A DNA stretch of 64,000 nucleotides, from assembly GCF_011386835.1 (NCBI RefSeq), contig NC_088803.1, positions 12,524,001-12,588,000 of the forward strand, given 5' to 3'. A model generated the notes under the pieces. That model was not told where the DNA came from and searched no databases. It worked only from the letters and a program-made list of their open reading frames with translations. The position numbers and the translations under genes are program-made. The DNA is from Chrysemys picta bellii (lineage: Eukaryota). Positions 60,690-64,000 of this stretch are shown piece after piece; position 1 is the stretch's first letter; every line of letters begins with the position of its first letter.

Positions 60690-62015
60690 TATAAACGACC
60701 TTACGGGGTCAAACCAATGGTCCATCTAGTCCAGTATCCTGTCTTCTGACAGTGGCCGATGTCAGGTACTTCAATGGAATGAACAGAACAGGGAAATTAT
60801 TGATTGATCCATCCCCGGCAGTGATCCAGTCCCATCCACTGGCAGTCAGAGGCTTAGGGACACACAGACCATTGAGTTGTACCCCTGACCATCTTAGCTA
60901 ATAGTCATTGATGGATCTATCCTCCATGAACTTATCTGATTCTTTTTTATATTTTAGGACTTCACAACATCCCCTGCAACTAATTCCACAAATTGACTGA
61001 GCATTGTGTGAAGAAGTACTTCCTTTTTCGTTTTAAATGTGCTGTCTATTAATTTCATTGGGAGACCCCTGGTTCTTGTGTTATGTGAAGGGGTAAATAA
61101 CACTTCCTTATTCACTTTCTCCACACCTGTCACAATTTCATAGACCTCTATCATATCCCATTTAGTCATCTATTTTCCGAGATGAAAAGTCCCAGTCTTT
61201 TTAATCTGTCCGCATAAAGAAGTTGTTATATTCCCTTAATCATTTTTGTTGCCCTTCTTTTTACTTTTTCCAATTCTTCTGCATCTTTTTTGAGATGGGG
61301 TGACAGAACTGCCCACAGTTTTCAAGGTGTGGGCATACCATGGATTTATATAGTGTCTATGATATTTTCTGTCTTATTATCTATCCCTTTCCTAATGGTT
61401 CCTAAAATACTCTTTGGATTTTTTGGCTGCATCTGCACATTGAGATGTTTTCAGAGAACTATTCACAATAACTCTAAGTTCTCTTTCTTGAGTGGTAACA
61501 CCTAATTTAAACCCCATCATTTTGTATGTATATTTGGGTTTATGTCCAATGTGCATTACTTGGCATTTATTGACATTTTATTTCATTTGCCACTTTGTTG
61601 CCCAGTCACCCAGTTTTGTGAGATCCCTTTGTAACTTTTCACAATCTGCTTTGAACTTAACTATCTTGAGTAATTTTGTATCATCTTCAAATTTTGCCAC
61701 CTCATTGTTTATCCATTTTTTCCAGATCATTTATGAGTAAGTTGAACAGCACTGGTCTCAATACAGATCGCTGGGGGACACCACTATTTACCTCTTTCCA
61801 TTCTTAGAACTGACCATTTATTCCTACCCTTTGTTTTCAGTCTTTTAATCAATTACTGATTCATGAGAGAACTTTCTCTCTTATGCTCTGACTGCTTATT
61901 TTGAATAGGAGCCTTTGATGAGGGACATTGTCAAAGGTTTTCTGAAAGGCCAGGTACACTGGATAACCGTTGTTCATATGTTTGTTGACCCCCACTCCTC
62001 AAAGAATTCTAGCAG
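60690..62015 (-). mobile_element. CR1 LINE fragment, decayed
   Basis: Reverse 3' UTR (ggtccatctagtccagtatcctg) and ORF2 remnants. Confidence 0.88.
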
Positions 62016-63527
62016 AGGAGAGAGTAGAAACTAGATCAACCGAATGGGCCAAATTTATCCCAGGAAGAAATCCAAAGATTTCCAATGAGAGGCATTAGGA
62101 AAGGGAACAAGGGGATTTGTGGCAGAATCTGGAACTATACAGTGTACTCCTGCACCAGGATGTGAACTATGACTAGGATTTTCAGAACAGCTTAAGGAAA
62201 TTATGTGCCCAACTCAAATCAACTACCCAAGGGGATTTATGTACATAACTCCATTAGATCTCTTTTACTATCCCATCCTTAATACACAAATATTACTGTC
62301 ATTTGCCCTGTTGTTCCTTCCATCACCCAAATCAGCCAGATCATTCAGCATGGGACTAAAGTCTTACATTTTTCATTTGGAATGCATAGAAGCCCAGGTA
62401 GCAGCTGTACAATATTTTCCCACTCACTTGAAATGTGCTCAAACACCAGCACCCTAGTGCAAGCCCAAATCTGTAAACCTTTCTTTGCCATGAAGACATA
62501 ATCTCTGTCTATCTAATCATGGTATTCTGTCTGCATTTGACTACATCTACATGGAATGCCAGGTCAGTGTATGTGATGGCACTTCTCCATTTACACAAAG
62601 GTTATAATGAAATGACCCCTCACAAATATCTTACCCCAGTGATTATGTCACTACTGAGTTTATCCCAGAGCCTTTGGGCAGAAACTCATCAGCATTAAGC
62701 ATGGATGTCAATGGAGCGACTGTGCACAGATCAAGCTGAGCTGGAAGTCAAACACTAACAAAACTTCCACTCATCTTCTCCAGGGTGCCTTTAGCCATAT
62801 TTGGATCCTTGTGTGTATTAACCATTTGCCAAACCTGGATCCCGTCAAAAGGAGAGGTTAAATCCCGGGGACAAAAATAGGATAACATTTTTGACCTCTT
62901 TTTCCCAAATCAGCTTCTCTTTAGGACACATGTCAAAACCCTGCTCCTCCAGAAAGCCTTTCCATCCTAGGAAAAAATGCCATGGTTTTGATGTATGTCT
63001 TTAGGTACAAAATAATAAAAGGATGCATATTCAAGGCTCCAGGCACCCTTATTAACCATCAATAACACAATAAAATCATAGATGCATTAACATAATAATC
63101 TGTGTTTTTGTGGGGAACAAACCTTCTCCCTCAGAAAACCCCATTAAAGAGATGACATATGGGTAGACTAGGAAATAACAAAACATTGACTACTGCATGT
63201 AACTAATCATTCCTATTCCCCAAGTATATCTACCCCCAGAAAACTAAACATCTGGAACAATGAGACAAATCAATCAATCAATTGCTAAAACAAACACAAT
63301 TAGATAAGCCAAACTATAAAATGCCCAAAATCTCCATCCCCAAAAAGAGCTTTTTAACCCCCAAAAGGAGAAGAACCAGATGGTCCATAAAGTCCACTAG
63401 AGACTTGCTCGTGCTATTGATTTTGTCTGGAAAGTGCTCAGGTAGAGTGGTGATGGATTGCAGTATAAAACTCTAAAAAAACACACAGATAGATTTTGAT
63501 TTTATTTACACTTCTGGAATCCTAAAT

Positions 63528-63610
63528 ATAAGAACATAAAAATGGCCATACGGGGTCAGACCAAAGGTCCATCTAGCCCAGTTTCCTGTCTACCTACAGT
63601 GGCCAATGCC
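63528..63610 (-). mobile_element. CR1 3' end
   Basis: aagaacataaaatggccatacggggtcagaccaaaggtcc. Confidence 0.8.
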
Positions 63611-63885
63611 GCGCCGCAGGGGACACGGGGGGCGGGGGAACACGGGGAGACCCGAGCCGCGCCACGCCACGCCACGGGGAGGACGGGGGGACACGGGGAG
63701 ACCCGAGCCGTGCAGCGGGTGGGGCGGGGGGGGGATACGGGGAGACCCGAGCCGCGCCGCGGGGGGGACGGGGGGGGACACGGGGAGACCCGAGCTGCAC
63801 CGCGGGGGGACACGGGGGGGCGGGGCCCTCTTGGCGCGGGGGCCAATTCAGCCGAATCAGCTGAATCGGCCTAAAGCCGGCCCTG
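63608..63885. mobile_element. GC-rich hAT-type element end with internal minisatellite
   Basis: Ends ggcctaaagccggccctg (CAGGGCCGG-type TIR); about 4 copies of gggacacggggagacccgagc. Confidence 0.6.
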
Positions 63886-63913
63886 GTGTTAAGCTTCTGG
63901 AGCCTGAAGGGAG

Positions 63914-64000
63914 TCATAGAATCATAGAATCATAGAATATCAGGGTTGCAAGGGATCTCAGGAGATTATCTAGTCCAACCCGCTGCTCAAAGCAGGACCA
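63914..64000 (-). mobile_element. CR1 3' end, running out of the window
   Basis: (catagaat)n tail plus cagggttgcaagggatctcagg. Confidence 0.9.

Noticed and set aside
63542-63935. Overlapping Pro/Gly/Arg-rich ORFs
   Set aside because: Artefact of a GC-rich minisatellite that lacks stop codons.

Overview
Vertebrate genomic DNA, most likely a turtle. This is inferred from the CR1 subfamily tails, Penelope-like ends, Harbinger/hAT MITEs and LTR families, not from a database search. The window is part of an olfactory receptor (OR) cluster. It holds six intact single-exon class II OR coding sequences: five OR14-like (3527+, 11890+, 25338+, 33965+, 44631-) and one OR4-like (58571+). There are three pseudogenes (19738-, 50163+, 55414+). 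A block of at least 13.7 kb carrying two ORs is tandemly duplicated (1-13709 vs 21592-35819). The rest is repeat-rich: CR1 LINEs, Penelope-like fragments, solo LTRs, hAT and PIF/Harbinger relics, MIR-like SINEs and tetranucleotide microsatellites. No prokaryotic features or CRISPR array are present. The most unusual signals are: (1) a 53-bp inverted repeat tightly bracketing the intact OR at 43675-44631, made by copying its own 3' UTR, inverted, over its branch-point region; (2) a minimal hammerhead ribozyme motif in sense orientation about 100 nt after the stop of the OR at 3527, absent from its duplicate; (3) a strongly C-depleted LTR segment resembling APOBEC-type hypermutation. All alignments and counts were done by eye and need computational confirmation.
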